Below, in pieces: positions 36,723 to 43,706 of a stretch of DNA of 43,824 nucleotides (the first letter of the stretch is position 1; every line of letters begins with the position of its first letter). The stretch is from a virus (taxonomy: Duplodnaviria; Caudoviricetes): IMG/VR virus record IMGVR_UViG_3300027863_000063, positions 1-43,824 of that record; one strand, given 5' to 3'. Below the pieces are notes generated by a model that saw only the letters and a program-made list of their open reading frames with translations, did no database searches and was not told where the DNA came from. The translations under genes were made by a program, and so were the position numbers.

Positions 36723-37268
36723 ATGAAGCATGTGATACTTCCATCAGCTTGGCGGTGGGACACCGAAAAGTTCCCCCGCTACTTTGCTGAACTGGTTTTC
36801 GGGCGGCATTGCCATGACTCCGCAATGCTGCCCGTGATGGGTGGGCTTGCACCTGGAGAGGAGAAGGAAGGCCTGAAGGGAACTCTTCCGGAAGGGAAGT
36901 TCCAGGTCATTAAAGCAAAAGAAAAGGGGACAGTTCTGATAGTCCCCGGAACCGACAGCACCAACAGGGTGCTGCTAATGGCAGGTGGTGGAGGTGGCTT
37001 CCGAGGCAGTATTGGCCTCGACAAGGGGGCCACGACAGCTAAGATCATCGCCTGGGCGGATGCGGGCAATGCCCTTGATTCGGGGTGTGCATTTGCTGCC
37101 ATCCTCGAACCTGGGCAGCAGGTTATTTTAATTGGCGACGGACGGGACGGATCGTTCGTCGTCCAGTTCCTTTTTGACGGGGAAACCGTCAAGAAGGAGC
37201 GTTTCACTCCAAAAGAATGGAGCTTCGTAAGTGGCTCCAATCCCAATGACAGCGGGGAGGTATTGTAA
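36723..37268 (+). CDS. Hypothetical beta-rich protein, 181 aa, translationally coupled to the Csx3 gene
   Basis: AGGAGG RBS within repeat 2; TAATG stop/start overlap with 37268. Confidence 0.8.
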   Translation: MKHVILPSAWRWDTEKFPRYFAELVFGRHCHDSAMLPVMGGLAPGEEKEGLKGTLPEGKFQVIKAKEKGTVLIVPGTDSTNRVLLMAGGGGGFRGSIGLDKGATTAKIIAWADAGNALDSGCAFAAILEPGQQVILIGDGRDGSFVVQFLFDGETVKKERFTPKEWSFVSGSNPNDSGEVL

Positions 37269-37534
37269 TGGTATTTTGGAATATCGGGGTCGACAAACCG
37301 ATCGCACCGACTGAAGCAATGCCCCCAATGCCGGCAATCCCGGCTGGGGATGTCCTTATCATCGGCGGCCGGGCGCCCACGTGGCGCTTCGGCATGGCGC
37401 TGCACGCGGCACACGGGAGTGCCGCGGCAGTAGTGGCATTCTTTGACCCCAGGCTGGGCGGCGGCGTTGTCGTTGCCTCACACAAACCTGGGATTAGTGA
37501 GGGGCAGATCCTGCCCTGCGAATGGCAGGACTAA
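37268..37534 (+). CDS. csx3: Csx3/Crn3-family cyclic oligoadenylate (cA4) ring nuclease
   Basis: KPIAP...VLIIGGRAPTW..ALHAAH...VAFFDPRLGGGVVVASH...EGQIL matches the Csx3 signature GRxPxW, HxxH, DPRLG, VVxSH; GGAGG RBS. Confidence 0.88.
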   Translation: MVFWNIGVDKPIAPTEAMPPMPAIPAGDVLIIGGRAPTWRFGMALHAAHGSAAAVVAFFDPRLGGGVVVASHKPGISEGQILPCEWQD

Positions 37535-37577
37535 CGGCGGCTGGTGCGCAGGGCGGGTTCGATTCCCGCTCCGCCGT
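37534..37577 (+). ncRNA. tRNA-like mini-element (acceptor-like stem + T-arm; no D or anticodon arm)
   Basis: ACGGCGG pairs with CCGCCGT (7 bp), enclosing CTG-GTGCG-CAG and GCGGG-TTCGATT-CCCGC (canonical T loop). Confidence 0.6.
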
Positions 37578-37580
37578 ATA

Positions 37581-37617
37581 GCCCGCGGGCGCGATAAGGC
37601 GCCGGGGCAGGGAGGTA
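37581..37617 (+). repeat. Degenerate third copy of the leader repeat
   Basis: gcccgcgggcg-cgataa-ggcgccggggc-a-gggaggta: flanks conserved, central loop changed; sits before the ATG at 37621. Confidence 0.8.
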
Positions 37618-37620
37618 GTT

Positions 37621-37884
37621 ATGAAATACAGAGTGGTGGTGAAGAAAATCGGAGCCAAGAGTGCAGAATATATCGACGTTGAGGCTAAAAACCTCAACGT
37701 AGCAAAACGTCTTGCTGGGAAAATACTAGTCCAGAAATACTGTAGCGTCAAAGAAAAAGAAGATATGATAGTATGGGTATGGGAAGGCCATACTAGATAC
37801 GAGCGGGAAATCTATATCCCGTTCGGCAGGTCCGAGCCCAAGGTTACACGGTGGTCAGGGCCGTGCCAGATTATTACACTATAA
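37621..37884 (+). CDS. Basic hypothetical protein, 87 aa (candidate anti-CRISPR)
   Basis: GGAGG RBS; VEAKNLNVAKRLA motif. Confidence 0.78.
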   Translation: MKYRVVVKKIGAKSAEYIDVEAKNLNVAKRLAGKILVQKYCSVKEKEDMIVWVWEGHTRYEREIYIPFGRSEPKVTRWSGPCQIITL

Positions 37885-37894
37885 GGAGGTGCAA

Positions 37895-38248
37895 ATGGAT
37901 GAAGAAAGAGAAGCGCGGCGTGAAGCCGCGAAGATTCTTGGCAAGGCCGGCGGATCAGTGAGGTCTGAAAAGAAGGCCGCCGCCGTCCGCAAGAACGGGC
38001 GGAAGGGCGGCCGACCGCCGAAACGGCAGTATTACTTTTTTAGCGGGGAGGGGGAGTATGGCGGCTGGTGCTCCAAATTCTGTACCCTCACTCAAGCCCG
38101 GATGTTCGCCAATGATCTCCGGGCCGGCGGGGACCGCTGGGCCTCAATTTGGGAGGCGGAGCGTACCCGCGACGACTGGGTTGTATTGCATAATATAAAT
38201 AACAACGATATGAGGGAGGTGCCCCTCAGAGTCATCACGTATCTATAG
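37895..38248 (+). CDS. Protein with an N-terminal basic 'GGSVRSEKKAAA..NGRKGGRP' (AT-hook-like) motif and a C-terminal globular domain; possible island regulator
   Basis: AAGGAGG RBS before the ATG at 37895; last gene before the terminator. Confidence 0.75.
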   Translation: MDEEREARREAAKILGKAGGSVRSEKKAAAVRKNGRKGGRPPKRQYYFFSGEGEYGGWCSKFCTLTQARMFANDLRAGGDRWASIWEAERTRDDWVVLHNINNNDMREVPLRVITYL

Positions 38249-38257
38249 TCTTTAATC

Positions 38258-38296
38258 AGCCCTGCAAGCGGCAGTTAAGCCGAAGCAGGGCTTTTT
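38258..38296 (+). terminator. Rho-independent terminator closing the island, convergent with terL
   Basis: AGCCCTGC-aag-CGGC-agttaa-GCCG-aa-GCAGGGCT-TTTT. Confidence 0.75.
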
Positions 38297-39707
38297 ATTG
38301 CTTCAGCCCATATGTCAGTGGATTATAGTTTACTGGCTTAGAAATTATTTTAGTCTTGCGTAATAGTTTACGCGGATATTTCACGAAATCGCTCATCAAA
38401 GCATACCTTGTTTCATCATACGCATGATCTTCGCTTTCAGTATCGATATCTTCAGGGTTGTATCGGTCCGCTGAGATATACGGTACGGTGCGCAGCCAAT
38501 CGCTGCATCTTTCTGAAATTAAAAACATACCCTTCCCATCGGGGCCAACAGCGTGCAATGCATCGTGCAGCGCCTGGAGCCCATTGATCCGGTCATTATT
38601 CCCAGGAACCATTTCAAAGCCAACATCCTCAAAGGTTTCAGCCACACTCCTGCCTTCGCCCGACTTCGCCCAACATGCGGGATCAGCAACCATCACCCGG
38701 ACCGTTTCATTGACAGACATTTCCCAGGCTTTTTGCGCGACTGCCTGCGCATCCATCCGTAAACCTTCATTCGGCCTGCCGGTACAGCCGTACCACTCCT
38801 TGTACCGGATTACTCTCCCATCCTCATTGACTGCGTACCAACCGATTGAGAAAGGTTTCGCATAGCCCCAGTCCATCGCTGCGAAGCGATACCATGAGAG
38901 GTCAAGATTCGGGCGCGGAATTACGTGGCGCTCTCGCGAAAACTCCTCAAGGACCTGCCCGACAATGACATCCCAATCGCCCCAGCGCAGCGCCTTTACG
39001 AGATGTGGTTGAAAGCCCATGAGGCGCTTTTCGTAGTCAGGGTCCTTTTGGATGAGTACAAAATTATCTTCGAGCCGAGAGGGGATAAACATTCGCGAAA
39101 GTCCAGTTTGTGGGTCAATATACAGTTTGTACGGAGGTGCAACATCAATAAAGCGATGCTTGACCCATATATGCCCAGGCCGGCCAGGGTTGCCGGTTGC
39201 CCGTATTCGGCAAGGTGCTCCGAATGCAGAACGACAAAGACCAATCATGAATTCGTACGACTCAGGTGTAGGATATTCCGTGAGCTCATCGAAAGCTATC
39301 CAAGGATACTGATGCCCTTGGTAACCGCCTACGTCAAGCATACCGGACAAATTGCGCAATCGAAGGGTTGCGTAGCCAGGGAATCGCGAATTGCGTGCAG
39401 CGGGGATATACCATGTTTTTTGATCGCCGCCCTTATAATATGCTCCCTTAATTTTACCAAAAATCTGCGCGGATCGGTCGATAATCTCTTCCAGTTCTTT
39501 GTAGGTCCTGCGGAAAAGAATGCCTCGCCAGGCTTCGCCCCATTCCGGCGCATCCTGGAGAAAATCACCGAGCAGAAAATCGGTTTTCCCGCCACCTTTT
39601 GCACCACCGAAGAAAAGCTCAAATGCAGGGCTTTTTATTGCTTCGGCTTGTCGGGGCTGGGGCATCCATATATCTTCTGCATCTTCTGTTCGTAGTATTT
39701 GTCCCAT
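38295..39707 (-). CDS. terL: Terminase large subunit
   Basis: PQPRQ, Walker A GGAKGGGKT, Walker B IAFDELT, ATGNPG, nuclease AMDWGYAKP and DHAYDETRY. Confidence 0.95.
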   Translation of the reverse strand: MGQILRTEDAEDIWMPQPRQAEAIKSPAFELFFGGAKGGGKTDFLLGDFLQDAPEWGEAWRGILFRRTYKELEEIIDRSAQIFGKIKGAYYKGGDQKTWYIPAARNSRFPGYATLRLRNLSGMLDVGGYQGHQYPWIAFDELTEYPTPESYEFMIGLCRSAFGAPCRIRATGNPGRPGHIWVKHRFIDVAPPYKLYIDPQTGLSRMFIPSRLEDNFVLIQKDPDYEKRLMGFQPHLVKALRWGDWDVIVGQVLEEFSRERHVIPRPNLDLSWYRFAAMDWGYAKPFSIGWYAVNEDGRVIRYKEWYGCTGRPNEGLRMDAQAVAQKAWEMSVNETVRVMVADPACWAKSGEGRSVAETFEDVGFEMVPGNNDRINGLQALHDALHAVGPDGKGMFLISERCSDWLRTVPYISADRYNPEDIDTESEDHAYDETRYALMSDFVKYPRKLLRKTKIISKPVNYNPLTYGLKQ

Positions 39708-40270
39708 TCTTCTGGTGTCATCCTTTGTATCACAACAAATTGATACGCTTTCTGCGTACCTACTTCAACATTCACCTGCGAACCTTGCTGGATAAGTTTG
39801 AGATACTTTGCAAGAGATTCGAGCGCTGCCTGGCGGTCTGCAAGTTTCACTTTTATAATTTTGTCGCCTTCTTTGGTATATGAGCATTCAATACCATCAA
39901 TCGCATACGAAAGCCCCATTTCCGAGAGCTCTTCCATGGTATGCTTAAGATTCCCTGCTTCGTTGATTATATCGGCAGGGTCATAGAATGCCCGAACCGT
40001 CATTTTCTGCACCACCTTCGCCGAAAGAATTGCTTTGTCCTCGTCCAGTTGTTTTGTAAGATATCCGGCAAAATATTCTTGAAAACGAGGATTCGCCAAT
40101 AGCTTTGCAGCATTCACCTTCGCAGCATTCTTTTTCGCAGGGTAAACCTTCGCATACGCATCGAGAGCGCTCCTGAACCCGCTTAAGAGGTATTCTTTGG
40201 CAAATTCCTTCCATCGCAGCGGAATTCGTTTCTTGCGCCATTGCAATTGATCGTTTTCAATCGCGCTCAT
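39635..40270 (-). CDS. terS: Terminase small subunit
   Basis: FAKEYL...AYAKVYP...AKVNAAKLLANP, AFYDPADI, KVKLADRQAALESLAKYL; upstream of terL. Confidence 0.85.
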   Translation of the reverse strand: MSAIENDQLQWRKKRIPLRWKEFAKEYLLSGFRSALDAYAKVYPAKKNAAKVNAAKLLANPRFQEYFAGYLTKQLDEDKAILSAKVVQKMTVRAFYDPADIINEAGNLKHTMEELSEMGLSYAIDGIECSYTKEGDKIIKVKLADRQAALESLAKYLKLIQQGSQVNVEVGTQKAYQFVVIQRMTPEEWDKYYEQKMQKIYGCPSPDKPKQ

Positions 40271-40439
40271 AAATTTTCACCTTCTCACCGCGCTCGCTAA
40301 TTGATATCGGGTCTTTGCCTTGCCGCCTATGGAAAATATGCATCTTTACGGTTTCATATTCAATCCCCAAGGCATCAGCGATATCTTGCATAGTGCGAAA
40401 GTTTTTTTCTCGACTCGACGCGTAGACTACTTTATACAC
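40257..40439 (-). CDS. Small HTH DNA-binding protein
   Basis: TMQDIADALGIEYETVKMHI helix-turn-helix; GTG start. Confidence 0.65.
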   Translation of the reverse strand: MYKVVYASSREKNFRTMQDIADALGIEYETVKMHIFHRRQGKDPISISERGEKVKIYERD

Positions 40440-40611
40440 CTTTGTGATCCTTTTCAGATAGCATGATAGCTTCTACGAGAATTGCCGCATGATGTATGAG
40501 TTCCTCTTTGGTGTAAAAATTACTTTTCTCTTTTGCAAACAGCCTTTCAGATTGCGACAAAGCATTTTCGCGTTCCTGGTTAATCTCGGCATAAACCTTC
40601 ATCACACTCAT
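40432..40611 (-). CDS. Hypothetical protein, 59 aa (MSVMKVYAEINQERENAL...KEELIHHAAILVEAIML...); not in the ORF track
   Basis: Translated by hand; AGGAGG RBS; fills the operon gap. Confidence 0.6.
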   Translation of the reverse strand: MSVMKVYAEINQERENALSQSERLFAKEKSNFYTKEELIHHAAILVEAIMLSEKDHKGV

Positions 40612-40706
40612 ATAAGCCTCCTACGTGCAAATTCGCATATCTTGGTGGTCATACATTGTTCGCACATATGCGCGGAGTTTTGCTCTTTCCTGCTTGTCCA
40701 CCTCAT
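40608..40706 (-). CDS. Tiny Cys-containing ORF, 32 aa (MRWTSRKEQNSAHMCEQCMTTKICEFARRRLI)
   Basis: ATGA overlaps at both ends; CxxC..C motif. Confidence 0.4.
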   Translation of the reverse strand: MRWTSRKEQNSAHMCEQCMTTKICEFARRRLI

Positions 40707-41278
40707 ACCTCCTCTTGAATCTCCTGCTTTGCGTAAATTGAAGGGCTATGCGCCCCGATAGACAATGGCGCACTGAATTGCATCAGCTTCCCAGGATTAT
40801 CACGATACCCTAGCAATCTAGGCGGCAGGTGTACTACCGGATCGCCGGTAACTTTTATATTTATAATTTCTATATTTGCTGCAATTCTAGGTTTTTTAAT
40901 CCAGGCTATTCGTGGAGCCGCGAATGTAATAATTTTGACCGGCGCTCGTATTAAATCGCAAATTTCCGCTGCCGCAATAAGCGCGAATGCCCCACCACAA
41001 GAATATCCGCTTATGATTGCAGGCAAATCCAATCTAAAACCTATATCGTTGAACGCATGATAAAATGCTTTATAGTAACCACCATGATACCAAGAATGAG
41101 GCCAGATATTAAAATCCATTTGCCAGTCTGCTACCTCAGCCGAACCCTGGAAGTCAATATACTTTACCCTATCAATTATCTGTGAGCGGAACGTAACCCG
41201 CCCGCCATCCGCCTGTTGCCAGCCGTCCGGACGCATCAGCCGCGCCCAGGCATCTTGAATTTCTTGTGCTGTTATCAT
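40703..41278 (-). CDS. Class-3 lipase-like alpha/beta hydrolase
   Basis: FQGS...DWQMDF, YHGGYY, ISGYSCGGA (GxSxG), TFAAPR, GDPVVHLPP, C-terminal His (GAHSP); start moved to MITAQE (AAGGAG RBS). Confidence 0.82.
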   Translation of the reverse strand: MITAQEIQDAWARLMRPDGWQQADGGRVTFRSQIIDRVKYIDFQGSAEVADWQMDFNIWPHSWYHGGYYKAFYHAFNDIGFRLDLPAIISGYSCGGAFALIAAAEICDLIRAPVKIITFAAPRIAWIKKPRIAANIEIINIKVTGDPVVHLPPRLLGYRDNPGKLMQFSAPLSIGAHSPSIYAKQEIQEEV

Positions 41279-41571
41279 TGCATCTCCTTTACAAGCCAAA
41301 CCCGATAATGCCGTCCCTTTATAACGAGTTCCCTTGGCTCTTTTGTGAGTTTTGCGAATCTATCAAGCGCTGTTCCCAGCCATTCGGCGGCCTCAACTGT
41401 ACCGTGAAATTGCTCAATGCCCCCGGCCCATTGGATGCAAATTATCGATGGCTTATGCCCGCCATGATGCCCGCTTAGTGCTTCCCGCCTCGGTTTTGAT
41501 CTGGCATTGGTTAAAAGCCGCCACACGGCATCATCACGGGACGGATCCCATGGAGCGATAGCTTCAGACAT
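41275..41571 (-). CDS. Hypothetical protein with a C-terminal NUMOD1/HTH-like motif
   Basis: IEQFHGTVEAAEWLG; GGAGG RBS before MSEAIAP. Confidence 0.6.
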   Translation of the reverse strand: MSEAIAPWDPSRDDAVWRLLTNARSKPRREALSGHHGGHKPSIICIQWAGGIEQFHGTVEAAEWLGTALDRFAKLTKEPRELVIKGRHYRVWLVKEMQ

Positions 41572-41734
41572 TGCCAACCTCCTCTATTTGTCTCCTGCAC
41601 CACAAAACGCCAAATAATGAAATGCAATGATATTTTTTGCCGTTTATCGTTTTTATAACTGGCATGGGGATAAAAAATGCCCGTAATCCAGACTTTATTC
41701 GTCTTATGGCAAATTCATCGGGCACAATAATCAT
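41564..41734 (-). CDS. Hypothetical protein, 56 aa (MIIVPDEFAIRRIKSGLRAFFIP...); not in the ORF track
   Basis: Translated by hand; ATGA overlap with the upstream gene; fills the gap. Confidence 0.5.
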   Translation of the reverse strand: MIIVPDEFAIRRIKSGLRAFFIPMPVIKTINGKKYHCISLFGVLWCRRQIEEVGNV

Positions 41735-41940
41735 TCCCTTACCTCCTCATTCCAGCATTGCCCACATGTTACCCCCCGACATCCAATTGTTTCCCTATCT
41801 TTCATTTGCTCTGTTTCTGTATCAAGTTCAGGCCACATAACATCAAAGCCTCCGGGGCACGTTTTTTTTATAATTTCATTTTTAGAAAAACATTCTGCTA
41901 ATATGGGATAATTTTTAAATAATACTTCGATTCGTGTCAT
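41731..41940 (-). CDS. Cys-motif protein (CPG...IGCRGVTCGQCWNEE), paralog of the C-terminal domain of 41915..42394
   Basis: GGAGG RBS before MTRIEVL at 41940. Confidence 0.7.
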   Translation of the reverse strand: MTRIEVLFKNYPILAECFSKNEIIKKTCPGGFDVMWPELDTETEQMKDRETIGCRGVTCGQCWNEEVRE

Positions 41941-42394
41941 TATACGCCTCCTGATTCCAGCACTCTCCACAAGTGATCCCTCGGCAACCAATAGTATTCC
42001 CTTCGCTGTCATGGGCGATTGTCTTCTCGTCGTAGACAGGCTCACCCCAATCGAGGATATCCCCTGGGCATATCGCTTTTATTATTGTAGCCTTCGTCTC
42101 TTCGTAGTTGTCCTGCCAGTAAGCACACCCAATGTTATCCAGGGCATAGTCCAATCTTGTAACGGGGAATCCATTGGCATCGTTATCATCTACCTCCTTC
42201 TCACATGCTTCATCAAATTTGGCCTGCCCGTATGCCTGCCATTCCTCACGGGTCATCTGCGCCACACGGTAGCGGGTCTTCGCATGGCTCTCATCGAGCT
42301 CCGGCGGCGGAAATGAGAAAAACACTTTCAGCCTTGAGAAAAACTCATGGAACCAAGATTGCTTGTTAAAAATTGCCGGATTTTTTGTTATCAT
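41915..42394 (-). CDS. Hypothetical protein with a C-terminal Cys motif (CPG...IGCRGITCGECWNQE)
   Basis: ORF within the operon; shares the motif with the next gene. Confidence 0.7.
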   Translation of the reverse strand: MITKNPAIFNKQSWFHEFFSRLKVFFSFPPPELDESHAKTRYRVAQMTREEWQAYGQAKFDEACEKEVDDNDANGFPVTRLDYALDNIGCAYWQDNYEETKATIIKAICPGDILDWGEPVYDEKTIAHDSEGNTIGCRGITCGECWNQEAYNDTNRSII

Positions 42395-42548
42395 TTTTGC
42401 GCCCCCTTTTTCCAGATTTCACTTTTCCCTCACTTATTTTTATTTCCTCGTCTAATGGCGATTGTGGTGATTCCCAGTCCACGGCTTCCTGTGCTAGCGA
42501 CTCAACTTCTTTAAGTACAGCTCGGAATTTTACTTCTTCCTTGTTCAT
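42366..42548 (-). CDS. Hypothetical protein, 60 aa (MNKEEVKF...); its 5' part is also present at 1..96
   Basis: ATGA overlap with the upstream gene; purine-rich RBS. Confidence 0.65.
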   Translation of the reverse strand: MNKEEVKFRAVLKEVESLAQEAVDWESPQSPLDEEIKISEGKVKSGKRGRKNDNKKSGNF

Positions 42549-42724
42549 TTCCCTTTCCTCCTATGCATAGATTCCAAAGCCTCATCGAGGCTCTTTTCTA
42601 CCTTCGACCAGTCGATCCCCTTCTCCCATTCCACGAAATCTCGCGCTTCATCGAGCGCTTCGTGCTCAATAATTTCTTTCTCAGGCGGATCGGGATTATC
42701 CCATAAGCCGCAATCAGTCCGCAT
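42545..42724 (-). CDS. Small hypothetical protein, allele B (MRTDCGLWDNPDPP...)
   Basis: GGAGG RBS; homolog of 93..272. Confidence 0.75.
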   Translation of the reverse strand: MRTDCGLWDNPDPPEKEIIEHEALDEARDFVEWEKGIDWSKVEKSLDEALESMHRRKGK

Positions 42725-43706
42725 AGCCATCCTCCTCGTTTGTTATTAAATCCTGCTGATAAAAAGCCTCTTCGCTTGTAACGCGTTCTCGGATTAGTGT
42801 CGCATAATCTTCAGCATTCAGCTCGCATAAAACAGCTTTTCTCCGAAGCGATATTGCTACAGCTCCCGTTGTCCCCGATCCTGCAAACGGGTCAAGTATA
42901 ATATCCCCGCGTCTTGAACCTGCAAGAATACAAAGCCTCGGAATTTCTGAAGGAAATACTGCAAAATGAGCACCATTGTACGGTTTGGTCTTGATTGCCC
43001 AAACATCGCGCCTGTTACGTACAAATGGCACTTCATAATAATCTTTCTTAGCATTATCAGTAGGCTCAATCCCTGCACCATTTGCTTGCCCTTTAGAAAA
43101 TGATTTTGAACCCAGTTTCACTTTAATTTTATTTTGTTTGCTGTCATAGCCATACAATCTATCTCTTACTACGCCTGCCGGTCTATTTTCATATGTTGTC
43201 GATGGTTCAGCTATTGCATCTGCATCATAGTAGTAGTGTGCAGACTTCGAGAGCAAGAAAATATATTCGTGGCTTTTTGTGCATCTATCTTTCACGCTCT
43301 CCGGCAATGGATTAGGCTTTGCCCAAATGATATCTTGTCGCAGATACCAGCCATCATCACGCAGTGCGAAGGCAAGCATCCATGGAATACCGATTAAATC
43401 CTTTGGCTTTAAGCCTATTTTTGTTTGCCCTCTGCCACTTCCAGCATAGCTATCCCCTATATTCACCCATAGGGTGCCATCATCTTTTAAAACCCTTTTT
43501 ACTTCATGGAAAACTTCAACCAACCTCGCTATGTATTCGTCCGGCGTTTTTTCAAGTCCTATCTGCCCTTCAACACCATAATCACGAAGGCCGTAGTAAG
43601 GGGGCGACGTGATGCACATCTGCGCAGATTTGTCCGGCATCGTTTTGAGCGATTCAAGCGCATCGCCAAGGTATATTGTTGCATCACCCATATGCTCAAC
43701 TATCAT
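42714..43706 (-). CDS. Beta-class N4-cytosine/N6-adenine DNA methyltransferase
   Basis: Motif IV TSPPY at the N-terminus; HFAVFP and motif I LDPFAGSGTTG at the C-terminus; no cognate restriction enzyme. Confidence 0.93.
   Translation of the reverse strand: MIVEHMGDATIYLGDALESLKTMPDKSAQMCITSPPYYGLRDYGVEGQIGLEKTPDEYIARLVEVFHEVKRVLKDDGTLWVNIGDSYAGSGRGQTKIGLKPKDLIGIPWMLAFALRDDGWYLRQDIIWAKPNPLPESVKDRCTKSHEYIFLLSKSAHYYYDADAIAEPSTTYENRPAGVVRDRLYGYDSKQNKIKVKLGSKSFSKGQANGAGIEPTDNAKKDYYEVPFVRNRRDVWAIKTKPYNGAHFAVFPSEIPRLCILAGSRRGDIILDPFAGSGTTGAVAISLRRKAVLCELNAEDYATLIRERVTSEEAFYQQDLITNEEDGYAD

Noticed and set aside
37534-37577. Functional tRNA gene or attP core
   Set aside because: Only 44 nt, with no D arm, anticodon arm or CCA, and no integrase in the genome. 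Kept only as a tRNA-like element.
38458-39695. Long plus-strand ORFs (256 aa, 135 aa) opposite terL, and similar antisense ORFs throughout (e.g. 33839..34426; 36779..37414 on the minus strand)
   Set aside because: They are shadows of well-supported genes on the other strand, with no RBS or recognisable motifs.
42714-43706. Complete restriction-modification system
   Set aside because: No adjacent endonuclease; an orphan phage MTase.
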